Of a DNA stretch of 64,000 nt, positions 52,786 through 64,000 are shown in pieces; within the stretch, counting starts at the first letter, position 1; each line of letters begins with the position of its first letter. The DNA lies in NCBI GenBank assembly GCA_951406725.2, contig OX597819.1:33728001-33792000 (forward strand). The letters are read 5' to 3'. The stretch is from Octopus vulgaris (Eukaryota). A program made the translations under genes and the position numbers. Below the pieces are notes generated by a model. The model had not been told where the DNA came from and ran no database searches. It saw nothing but the letters and a program-made list of their open reading frames with translations.

Positions 52786-55477
52786 ATCTACCTTGGAATA
52801 TTAATACTGGAAAGACAATCCAGTGAAAGAGCCATTACATCAGTGGTTGACTTACTAGAAACAGTAGTCAAATCTCTCAAATTACACCTTACAGTTGTAT
52901 ATAAGAAAGAACATACTGAATAATATATTCTGAGGTAAATTATGTCAGAGAAAAAAAAACCTGATGGTCATCATGTCCAGGAGGAGTTTGGTCACATGTT
53001 TGCATGACCAAAGCTGATAGCTGTGTCTAGACAACGACAAACAATCTGGAAGGAAAAAAGTGAAGTCAACTGCGGTAGAATTTGAACTCAGATTGTAAGG
53101 ACAAGAGACTACATCTTATCGTTAAGGAGAAAACATCTTTAGAGGAAAAAGAGTTTTATTTTATGTATTTTTGTAATGTTTTTATCAGAGAATTGATCCA
53201 AAAAGAAGTCCAGAATGGGGATTTTTTTAATAAAAACCTGCTTTTTATGAATCTGTCTATGCAAAGACTTCCAGAACATTTACTTGTCAATCTAGATTCT
53301 ATTCTAATATAGTTCCGCAATTACTTTTCACTGAATTTGCTGGTAAATGACAGAGAGAAGAAGAACATGATGCATTTCTAAAAGATCCTTTTGATACAAA
53401 GAACTAATCTGCAGAACTCTAGCCTGAGTTTAGAGACTATCAAGTCAATTCTCTGATTCTTAATGTATTCCATCTGCTTTCAGAGAAGGAATTCATTAAA
53501 CTAGAAAAGCAAGAAAAAGAAGGGAGGAGAAAGAGTTATTTTAAGAATTTACACTGATGCCTTAAAAGATGCAGTTCTGCTAGGTTTTCCCAGATAACAT
53601 TGTATAAACTAATTCCATAGTTATAGGATTTGATTCCAAGTGACAGAGCAGTGTTGGTTTGGTTTAATTTAAACATACATGTTGCTGTTATGACTTCAAA
53701 GAAGGAAAAATACACAGCCTTCTGAATAGACCAGTTAACCAATTGCCGTATTTATTCCCATCAATTCCTTGTAGTTAAAGAGGAAATGGAACACTATATC
53801 TATTCTGTGCACTTAACAGAGAACTGAATTGAATTCAAAGGCTAAGTTGTGGGGAGAGAAAACAAGGAAGACAGATAGGAAAAGAGCATGTGAGTGGGTA
53901 AAGCCCATTTTACCACATTAGATATATACATAGACAGATGGCAAAGAGATTCTGACACCACAAGATTGAATCTGAATGACATTACTTAAACAAATTGCCA
54001 ACTGAAAATTACCTCTTTAGACCAGAAAATTAGAAAAGATATCTATTTTTAACTTGATATCCAATCATAAATGATCTATGTGAACTTTTTACATGAATCA
54101 TGTTTTATGGATACATCTTGGGCTTGCAGAAAGGAAAAATACAATAAATGTATACTGATGTCTAATAGTGCCTCTTTATGATAAGCTGTAAATGATCAGC
54201 TGAGAGGATATGGTAATAAAAGTATATCGAATTCAATGACATGGCAGGTAGCTTTGGAAAAGATATTACAACTGACAGCAGGCTGCTTTTACAATGCTTC
54301 TAAGTAATTAGAATTTATTTCTGAAAAAAAAAAAATTTTTTTTTTTAATAAATTGGAAGAAAAAGGAAAAATAAACTAAAAGAGTGCAATACTTTAATTG
54401 CATAGAGAGTTGTTCATAAAAACAATTATGAAAAGCAACCAAAATTTGTTTACTGACTTACAGAAATGAAAACATTTTTAGGCCTACCATCTTAATTTTT
54501 ATTACAGAAAGGAGGTATAAAAATATTTCAAAAGCATCACTGATTTGACAGATCAGTTGTGTTTGCTTGTATTTTTTTTCTTCATTAAGAAGATATATTT
54601 AACACTTATAAAATTGGTTCTGCTTTATTTTTAAAGCTAAAGACTATCTGTCCATATTAGCATTCACTGCAGAGATGGAGTCAAAAGTTTTTACCCTTTA
54701 ACATTCATATTTCTCTGTCAAATCTAGTGCTCATTTATTCACATTGTTTTGAAGTAATCATGCATTATTTCATAGCTTTGAGAGTTCATAGGTGATGATT
54801 GCTTATTTTTAGAATGACAATGTAGGGTAGGTGCGAGAAGTTAGGTCTGGTCAATTTGAACATGAAGCAGGTAGAATATTTTGGTTGGATATGGCCGGTT
54901 TAAATGCTAGAGGGTTAAATGTTTAACTGAAACCTTTATGCTCTGACCAGCATTTTAAAATATATATTGCTCATGTTCTGTGGAGGCGCAATGGCCCAGT
55001 GGTTAGGGCAGTGGACTCGTGGTCATAGGATCACGGTTTCAATTCCCAGAGTGTTTATTGAGCAAAAAAACACCTAAAGCTCCACGAGGCTCCGGCAGTG
55101 GGTGGTGGCGATCCCTGCTGTACTCTTTGACCACAACTTTCTCCCACTCTTCTGTTGGCCTGCTCGCTTAGCCAGCAGGGTGGCATCATTTGAAGGCTAA
55201 AACAATGCAAAGTGCATTGTGACCAGCGATGTGTAGCAACATCTGATAGCCTGGTCGATCACATGATATTGGTCATGTTCCATTTATAAGAAAGATGACA
55301 AATATTTTGAATTAATATTATGTATTATTTGTATACAAACAATACAATGAAACTGAGCTGAAAATTCCTAAATGAAGCTACAGTTCCTTCTATAAGAAGA
55401 TTTTCTACATTTGGAAGCTCTTCCTATCACCAACACTCACATATTTTCAATCAAGGTAATATTTCCCCATGATCAAA

Positions 55478-55700
55478 CACAAGGGGATGCTGAAAAGTTC
55501 CTGGCATTGGGTAAAAGAAAATACAAGAGGATCAGTTTAATTATGATTTTATTCAACATATTCATTCCCCTCTCAGATTCACATATATATTGCAGCAGTC
55601 CTTCAGTTTTTCTAAACCCTTTAAAAGAACTCAGAAGGTTGGGCCTCCAGCCAGGCCTTTCAACATACCATGAAAGCCAGGAACTTTTCAGCACCCCATT
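55478..55700. mobile_element. Mariner-like MITE
   Basis: Terminal inverted repeats ggggatgctgaaaagttcctgg / ccaggaacttttcagcacccc. Confidence 0.6.
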
Positions 55701-56689
55701 CTTATTTCTCACAGAAGACTGGAAACAAACAACATCAGTTTTATGCCAATAATTCTCATTTACAGCCATCAAATGCCTAGACAAAGGTACTCACAAGCAC
55801 CAACACACACACACACATGGTGAGTTTCTTTCAGTTTTCGTCTACTAGATCCATTCACAAGACTTTGGCAGGCCTGAGGCTATACTAGAAGACACTTGCC
55901 CAGACGACCATGTAGTTGGGAAGCAAACCGCACAACCATAGATGTGCCAAGAGGTACATCAATTAATCAACTGAGTTATAATCAAAGTATTGAGCAAATT
56001 AGTATTTTACAGACATTAACTGGCAAAATTAATATGACAGACACTAATTATATCTGATGTAATCTGAGATTTTAATTGTTTATTTTCCTAAATACTTCAA
56101 CCTTTTTTATGGGTTATATCTCTAATTATGTGCTCTACTTATATGTTTCAATTAATTATGGAAGTAATGAAAAATTTGAAAGAATTTAGTGAATTAATTA
56201 ACTTTATCAATATTAATGTGGTTTTGGGGAACAAAATTAAAAATTACTTGAATAAAATTATGATGATAAGTTTTAAATATGAACACTTTAATTCTTTAGT
56301 ATTAAATGGCCATATCTGTCCCAAATATTATCTGTATTCTATGTTCAAATCAGCCAGATCTGGTCTCTCACACCTACTCTACTATGTCACTGAAAGCAAG
56401 CTACAAGATAGTGTATAATTAAATTCAAAACAATGAGAATAAATAATGACAGATTAATCTCAATCCTAAAGGGTTAAAACAGGTATATTTTCATCACAGA
56501 ATTAGGAGTGGTGGCCTCAAGTAGGTAGACAGGTATAACAGAATCAGAGGTAGAGGTCTCAGGTGGATGGGCAACAAAGGAATAAAATATTCTGTCTTTA
56601 GCCTTCAGATTACTCTGTCAAATGTAATACTTATTTATTCATATTGTTTTCAGTTAAGTATACATTGTCTTGATAGCTTCAAGATGGAT

Positions 56690-57073
56690 GGAAGCACTCC
56701 GTCAGTTACGACGACGAGGGTTCCGGTTGATCCGATCAACGGAACAGCCTGCTCGTGAAATTAACGTGTAAGTGGCTGAGCACTCCACAGACACTTGTAC
56801 CCTTAACGTAGTTCTCGGGGATATTCAGCATGACACAGAGAGTGACAAGGCCGGCCCCTTGAAATACAGGTACAACAGAAACAGGAAGTAAGAGTGAGAG
56901 AAAGTTGTGGTGTAAGAGTACAGCAGGGATCACCACCATCCCCTGCCGGAGCCTTGTGGAGCTTTAGGTGTTTTCGCTCAATAAACACTCACAACGCCCG
57001 GTCTGGGAATCGAAACAGCGATCCTATGACCGCGAGTCCGCTGCCCTAACCACTGGGCCATTGTGCCTCCACA
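56690..57073 (-). mobile_element. tRNA-derived SINE family C (other copies at about 43240-43604, 18179-18480, 23181-23470, 25372-25650, 54980-55262, 5686-5985)
   Basis: Head ggaggcacaatggcccagtggttagggcagcggactcgcgg...gtttcgattccca has tRNA-like A/B boxes. Confidence 0.8.
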
Positions 57074-57292
57074 AATTCAAGATAGTGATGATGTGAACAT
57101 ACATTTTCAAAAATGATATTGTAAGGTAGGTGTGAGAGGTAGATCTGGCTAGTTAGATTTTGTTTTACACTTTTACTCTTAAATTTGTTCCTCTCTACGA
57201 ATAGAAAATTAAGTTCTACAGCAGCATCATATGGAAATGGTACAACTACCAAGCCCAGTTGATGATACTGGCCTTCATCAAGCAAATTTGTC

Positions 57293-57460
57293 ACAGGAGT
57301 GGCTGTGTGGTAAGTAGCTTGCTAACCAACCACATGGTTCCGGGTTCAGTCCCACTGCGTGGCATCTTGGGCAAGTGTCTTCTGCTATAGCCCCAGGCCG
57401 ACCAATGCCTTGTGAGTGGATTTGGTAGATGGAAACTGGAAGAAGCCTGTTGTATATATG

Positions 57461-57495
<35 letters not shown>

Positions 57496-58091
57496 TTGTG
57501 TGTCTGTGTTTGTCCCCATAGCATTGCTTCACAACCGATGCTGGTGTGTTTACGTCCCCGTCACTTAGCGGTTCGGCAAAAAGAGACCAATAGAATAAGT
57601 ACTGGGCTTACGAAGAATAAGTCCCGGGGTCGATTTGCTCGACTAAAGGCGGTGCTCCAGCATGGCCGCAGTCAAATGACTGAAACAAGTAAAAGAGTAA
57701 AAGAGTAAGAGTAACATGTCCCAAAATAGTGAAATGTCTAACAGAAAAAAAGATAACTAACTATAAACTGATGTTATAAAGAAATGACTTTAATTTCACT
57801 TTATTTCTTACTGTTTACCTATCAAGGGTGTAGTTCAGCAGGGAAAATTACATACAGCAGACAAGCATTCTTTCCAGGAGGACATGCATTTCTTCTCTGC
57901 TTTACACAAGAGAAACTAATATGAAGCAGGAGTGGCTGTGTGGTAAGTAGTTTGCTTACCAACCACATGGTTCCAGGTTCAGTCCCACTGCGTGGCACCT
58001 TGGGCAAGTGTCTTCTACTATAGCCTCGGGCCGACCAATGCCTTGTGAGTGGATTTGGCAGATGGAAACTGAAAGAAGCACGTCGTATATA

Positions 58092-58148
<57 letters not shown>

Positions 58149-58380
58149 GAGTGTGTATATGTTGTGTATCTGTGTTTGTTCCCCCAACATCGCTTGACAA
58201 CCGATGCTGGTGTGTTTACGTCCCCCATAACTTAGCGGTTCGGCAAAAGAGGCTGATAGAATAAGTAATAGGCTTACAAAGAATAAGTCCTGGGGTCGAT
58301 TTGATTCGACTAAAGGTGGTGCTCCAGCATGGCCGCAGTCAAATGACTGAAATGGGTAATAGAGTAAAAGAGTCAAAGAG
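57293..58380 (+). mobile_element. Two SINE family A copies (57293-57712, 57926-58380)
   Basis: Same consensus. Confidence 0.85.
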
Positions 58381-61300
58381 TATAAGGATATATTTTCTCA
58401 AAAGTCACCTATATTATTGATATATATTTTGTTTTTTGGAAGAGCATTGTAGTTTGCTTAAAACATTGTGATAAAAAAGTAAGATAACAAATAAATACTA
58501 AAGACAGAGAGCTTCTAACAATGCAAAAATAGAGAAAATTAAGTAACCTTTATATATTTCTGCCAATCAGCATGGTAGGATCTACATAAACTTACATTTC
58601 TTTAAGCTGTCCACTTCTGATGATGGGCCTTTGAACTTGTAATATATGAATGTTATTTAACTTACCATTTTCGCATTGTAAGAAGCACTTTGTCTTCTTT
58701 TTTTTTTACTCTTGTTTTTAGGGTTTTTTCTTTCCATTTCTTTTTTATTGAGTCCTTGATTTTAGACTAAAGTATTCATTTTACAGCTGCACCAACTCTA
58801 TACTCTCACTAGTTTCAGATTTCCTATTTTTCCAGAACTTTCTTCCTACAACTAACAGCCATCCAACCTAATCAACGACCATCCTTACCATCCTTACCAT
58901 TCTCTTTCAATATGTAATGGCGCTTACACTGTCTTAACTAAATCTTGTAATGTATATAAAATTTCTATCAAAACAATTGCAATAATGACATTTTTGGGAC
59001 CAAAGCAAGATGGAAGAATAAAATTAAAATTATGTAGAAAATCACAAGAACCAACTGCTAAAGTATGGAACATGAAAAATATATCCAATACCAATCGATA
59101 AAATCCAAGTTGCATTGTAATCCCATAAATATTGGACTTTAGACAAATGTTTCTTGCCTGTCTATAGTATTATACACACATGTCTCTGCATACTGGTGAT
59201 AAATCAGAAAAACACCATATGGATTATAAAATATTCTTAGATTATAGTGGTGGTGGTGGTGGTGGTGAAAATGGTAAATAAAAAGATAAGAATTGATATT
59301 AAGTTTTGATATGAAGGCAAAATGTGATATATTCTTGAAGAATTTACATAAACTATACACAATCACATACATAGATTAAATACATGCATATATATATATA
59401 TACAGATATATATATATATATACACATACATATATATGTATGTATGTATATACACAGACACACACACACACACTCATACATACTCATACACACATATAGA
59501 CCATGTATACACACGTGTGTACATACATGGATGCATGTATTAAATACATTGCATAACATACAAGCATACATAGTATAATATGCAAACTTACATTCATTTC
59601 ACACATACGCATCATATATACATGCATGCATACATACATACATGCATTGCATTGCATACACTGCATAGCACACGAGTATACACACAGTATAATGTACAAA
59701 CATACTCACTCACATACATAGATTACATTACATTCATGCACACACACACACATAATTACATTCTGGTACACAACAATAAACACATTCATAAACATATATA
59801 GTTATTGCCTTCTTGGAAGTTTATTGGATAAAAAAATGGGGATAGGGAGAGATGGGATATAAAGAAGGAGGAGGAGATAAGAAACAAAGAGAGTGGGGGG
59901 AGGTAAGGACTAAAGAAGGAAGAGATCAGAGGAGGAAAGAGAGATAGAAAGGTGTATGAAATTAAGAATGTTTTTTTGAAAATAAATATAGAAAAGGATA
60001 GATATATCTACAGATATGTGCAAATACATATGCATATATAATACATATATATATATATACATATACAAATATATATTCATATATATCTATATCATCATCA
60101 TCATCATCATCGTTTAACATCCGTTTTCCATGCTAGCATGGGTTGGACGGTTTGACCAGTGTCTGGGAAGCCAGGAGGCTGCACCAGGCTCCAGTCTGAT
60201 CTGGCAGTGTTTCTACAGCTGGACGCCCTTCCTAACGGCAACCACTCCATGAGTGTAGTGGGTGCTTTTTACGTGCCATTGGAGGCTGGCAATGGCCACG
60301 ATCGGTTGGTGGTTTTTACGTGCCACCGGCACGGAAGCCAGTCAAGGCAGCACTGGCATCGGCCACGTACGGGTGGTGCTTTTTATGTGCCACTGGCACA
60401 GGTATCGCAACTACAATTTCCATTTGATTTTTTGATGTTGATGTACTTGACTCAATAGGTCTCCTCAGGTACAGCAGGTCACCGTACAATCCAAGCTAAG
60501 CATAGCAGGCCGTCCTGTGATCCAAGAACTTTAGATGGGCTGGGGCTTCTATGTGAAGCTGGTGCAGGAAACACCCATCAACTCACGTTATTTGTTGGAT
60601 ATATATATATATATATATATGTATATCAGAGCAACATACATTGAAATCATAAGCACATTCATGCAAGATAATAGTTTCAATATGCAACTATATCTGCACG
60701 CCAATATAGAGAGTTGAGAAAGGAATTAAAGGACAGACATACACACACACACGCACAAACACATACATACATACGTACATATATACATACATACATAAGG
60801 ACCCTCAGATCTAGGTTAGAAACCAGCTCTTTCTCCTCTGGCAAGAAATCTTGAAATAAAACTGATTTATGGCATACATACATACATACATACATACAGT
60901 CATACATACATGCATGCATGCATACATACATACATACATACATACATACATACATACATACATACATACATACATACATACATACATACATACATACATA
61001 CATGATTGTGTGGTTGAGGAGTATCACAACATTATGCAAAGTCCCACTGCGCAATATCTTGGGCAAGCGATTCTACTGTAGCTATGAACTAACCAAACGT
61101 TTGCAAGTGCATTTGGTAGATGTATATGTGCACATGCACACACATGCATGCATGCATGTATGTATGTATGTATGTATGTATGTATGTATGTATGTACGTA
61201 TGTATGTATGTACGTATGTATGTATGTATGTACGTATGTATGTATGTATGTATTTATGAGTACTTGAGTGAGTATGTATGTTTGTATCTTTTCATTCAAT

Positions 61301-61759
61301 GGACTAGAAGAAATATCACCTTGCTTGGAAACAGGTGTGGGTTGGTGACAGGAAGGGCATCCAGCTGTTAAAAAAGTGTGCCTCAGTGAATTTTGTCTAA
61401 CCATTGCAAGGATGAGAAAGTGAACACTGAGACAATGATGATGGTGGTGGCAGTGGTGGTGATTTTCCATTACAGGGCTAATATTAGACTATTTTTTATA
61501 GTCAATATATAGTGAAGGCTTATAATTCTATATGCAAAATTTCACTGGCTACCATTTCCTAATTTGTGCAGAGTTCACACGTCATTAGTTATAGCAGCAT
61601 TTCTCAAAGGAGATGGGTATGGTAATCTCAAATGAGATTGGTAGGACATGGTAATATTTTGATAGGGCATGGGTTACTTAAGAATGGGATACAAGTATAT
61701 AATAAGTGATTAAAACATGAAATAAAGTTTTAATTAAAAATTCTCTTGAATATACATAT

Positions 61760-62990
61760 CATCATCATCATCATCATCAACATCATCATTTAACGTCTGT
61801 TGTCCATGCTGGCATGGGTTGGACGGTTTGACCAGAGCTGGAAGGCTGCACCAAACTCCAGTCTGATTTGGCATGATTTCTATAGTTGGCTGCCCTTCCT
61901 AATGCCAACCACTCCAAGAGTGCAATGGGTTCTTTTACGTGACACTGGCAAGGGTGCCATTTACGCAAGGGTGCCATTTACGTGACACTGATATCTACCA
62001 TATCTGTGGTTTTGCTTGGCTTCATGGGGATTCTTCTCAAGCACAACATAATGCCGAAGATCATGGCCATTGCCTCCATGAGGCTGAACCCTTAAAAGGA
62101 GCTCAGCCACTTTGCCTCCATGAAGCCTAACACTCAAAAGTAGGTTTTTACGTGCCACCAAAATGGGTGCCAGGAATGTGACACCAGCATCAGTGACGAC
62201 TATGATTTCACTTGGCTTGACGGCACAGCATATCACCAACAGTCTCAGTCACTATTTATTGCCTCTGTGAGGCCCAACGTTTGAAGATCATGCTTCATCA
62301 CCTCGTCCCATGTCTTCCTGGGTCTACCTCTATCACCGGTTCCTTTCACAGTTGGATATCGGCACTCCTTTACACAGCTGTCCTCATCCATATACATCAC
62401 ATGACCACACCAACACAGTCGTTTCTCTTGCACACAACATCTGATGCCTCTTATTTCCAACTTTTCTCTCAAGATGCTTGCACTCTGACAAACATACACA
62501 CTGACACTGCACACCCAGCGAAACATACTGGCTTCATTTCTTACAAGCTTACACATGTCCTTGGCTGTCACAGCCCATGTTTCACTGCCATGTAGCATAG
62601 CTGTCAAGGCGGCAAGCTGGCAGAAACGTTAGCATGCCGGGCGAAATGCTTAGTGGTATTTCGTCTGCCGTTACGTTCTGAGTTCAAATTCCGCTGAGGC
62701 TGACCTTGCCTTTCATCCTTTCGGGGTCGATAAATTAAGTATCATTTACGCACTGGGGTCGATGTAATCGACTTAATCCCTTTGTCTGTCCTTCTTTGTC
62801 CCCTCTATGTTTAGTCCCTTGTGGGCAGTAAAGAAATAATGTAGCATAGCTATTCGCACACGAGCATCATGCAATCTGCCTTTCACTCTGAGAGAGAGGC
62901 TCCTTGTTGCCAGTGGAAGCAAGAGCTCTCTGAACTTTGCTCAGCCTAACTTATTCTCACAGCAACACTCACAGTGCATCCACCTCCATA
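61760..62990 (-). mobile_element. RTE-clade LINE 3' fragment with 3' UTR and (GAT)n tail, interrupted by a SINE
   Basis: AMLHGSETWAVT..L.RNEASMFRW..LREKL.IRGI..RLCWCGHV..RGRPRKTWDEV; (CAT)n run at the left end. Confidence 0.85.
62607..62838 (+). mobile_element. SINE family B (Deu/Nin-domain-like) with TSD
   Basis: gcctttcatcctttcggggtcgataaattaagta core; atgtagcatagct repeated at 62590-62602 and 62839-62851. Confidence 0.85.
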
Positions 62991-63442
62991 CTACCAGTGG
63001 CTTACCCCACTGGCAGTTGACAGAGTCTATTTTCTGTGCAATATACTGCGTATACTTCTACAATGCACAAAATATCTTAATTGTTTTAGACAATTCCTAA
63101 TAATATTTAGTTTTAAAAATATGCTTTTTTTTTAACATCGAGTGGCTATGAGTGTCCAGCACAGTAAAATAGAAATCAAAGGGTCCATAGGTAAAAGATT
63201 GTTGAGACCCTTTGCTCTGTATAGTCATTCAACCTGATAACAAATATTAGCCAAACTTCCCTAATTCTACATCTTATTGTCTTAATAGGAATAAAAAATA
63301 TGGTAAACAATAGTCTTAGATGTATAAAAAGATGGAATGGTCATAGTTCGAATACCTTTGACCATAGTTTTGCATGATCAGAGAACTAAACATCGACAAC
63401 ACCAATCAGCAGCATTGCAGATCCTGTGTATGATTATTAAAT

Positions 63443-63540
<98 letters not shown>

Positions 63541-63844
63541 TCTCTCTTCAGACATTGACTTAGAGGCATTCTAGACTCCAGTAAATCCTTACTTTCACAT
63601 CATCTATTTTACTTCCCCTCATTCTCAGCTTCCTAGATCACCTCTGCAACACACACTCACTCACACATATACATACACTGGCTAATGCACACACACACAC
63701 ATACATATGCACACAAACATATTAAAATATTACAAGCAGTCTTTCATTCCAAACACTGTCTCACTGTCAAACACCAACCCCTTCTGTGTGCTCCCTATTC
63801 ACTACACCAAATATCACTTATACACACATGGTATTCTTCTGTCA

Positions 63845-63916
63845 GCGTCGGTGGTGTAATGGTTAGCATGGTTGCCTTCCAAGCAGTTGATCTGGGTTCG
63901 ACTCCCGGCCGACGCA
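63845..63916 (+). tRNA. trnG-TCC: tRNA-Gly(TCC)
   Basis: 72 nt GCGTCGG...CCGACGCA: full 7-bp acceptor stem, A box TGGTGTAATGG, anticodon loop CTTCCAA, T loop TTCGACT, and a TTTT terminator about 10 nt downstream. Confidence 0.92.
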
Positions 63917-64000
63917 GGCGATAGCTTTTATGGTGGCGAGCTGGCAGAAACGTTAGCACGCCGGGCGAAATGCCTAGCGGTATTTCATCTGCCGTTACAT

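Noticed and set aside
57822-58376. 184-aa ORF and the many YIYI/CVCV/HTHT/MYVC ORFs
   Set aside because: Translations of SINEs and microsatellites.
58500-58700. CTGATGA at about 58617 as another hammerhead, inside a roughly 30-bp inverted repeat
   Set aside because: No matching stem II/GAAA/cleavage triplet could be found; probably a decayed MITE.

Overview
AT-rich, microsatellite- and SINE-dense eukaryotic DNA; the repeat families look like octopus (coleoid cephalopod), an inference from recognised families, not a search. Most of the window is intron of one minus-strand gene, a PLEKHH1/2 (MAX-1/CG43867-like) homolog. Five exons are visible: 45066-45203, 28414-28505, 19286-19414, 10784-11137 and 1420-1827, all with GT-AG boundaries; the gene continues past the left edge and its 5' exons were not found. 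The 28414-28505 exon has had its 5' end replaced by a perfect copy of a 42-bp segment from 439 bp away, which shifts the frame and creates a stop. Other features: an intact tRNA-Gly(TCC), a decayed DD37E Tc1-like transposon, a Gypsy pol relic, RTE/CR1/CRE LINE relics, three Helitrons, TTAA (piggyBac-like) MITEs and many tRNA-derived SINEs. The most unusual signals are (i) a 132-bp perfect palindrome in (TA)n that encodes a type I hammerhead ribozyme on both strands, plus further minimal hammerheads with the U3-A8 core variant, (ii) repeated short near-identical local duplications, and (iii) a candidate recursive splice site. No tools were run; repeat boundaries are approximate.
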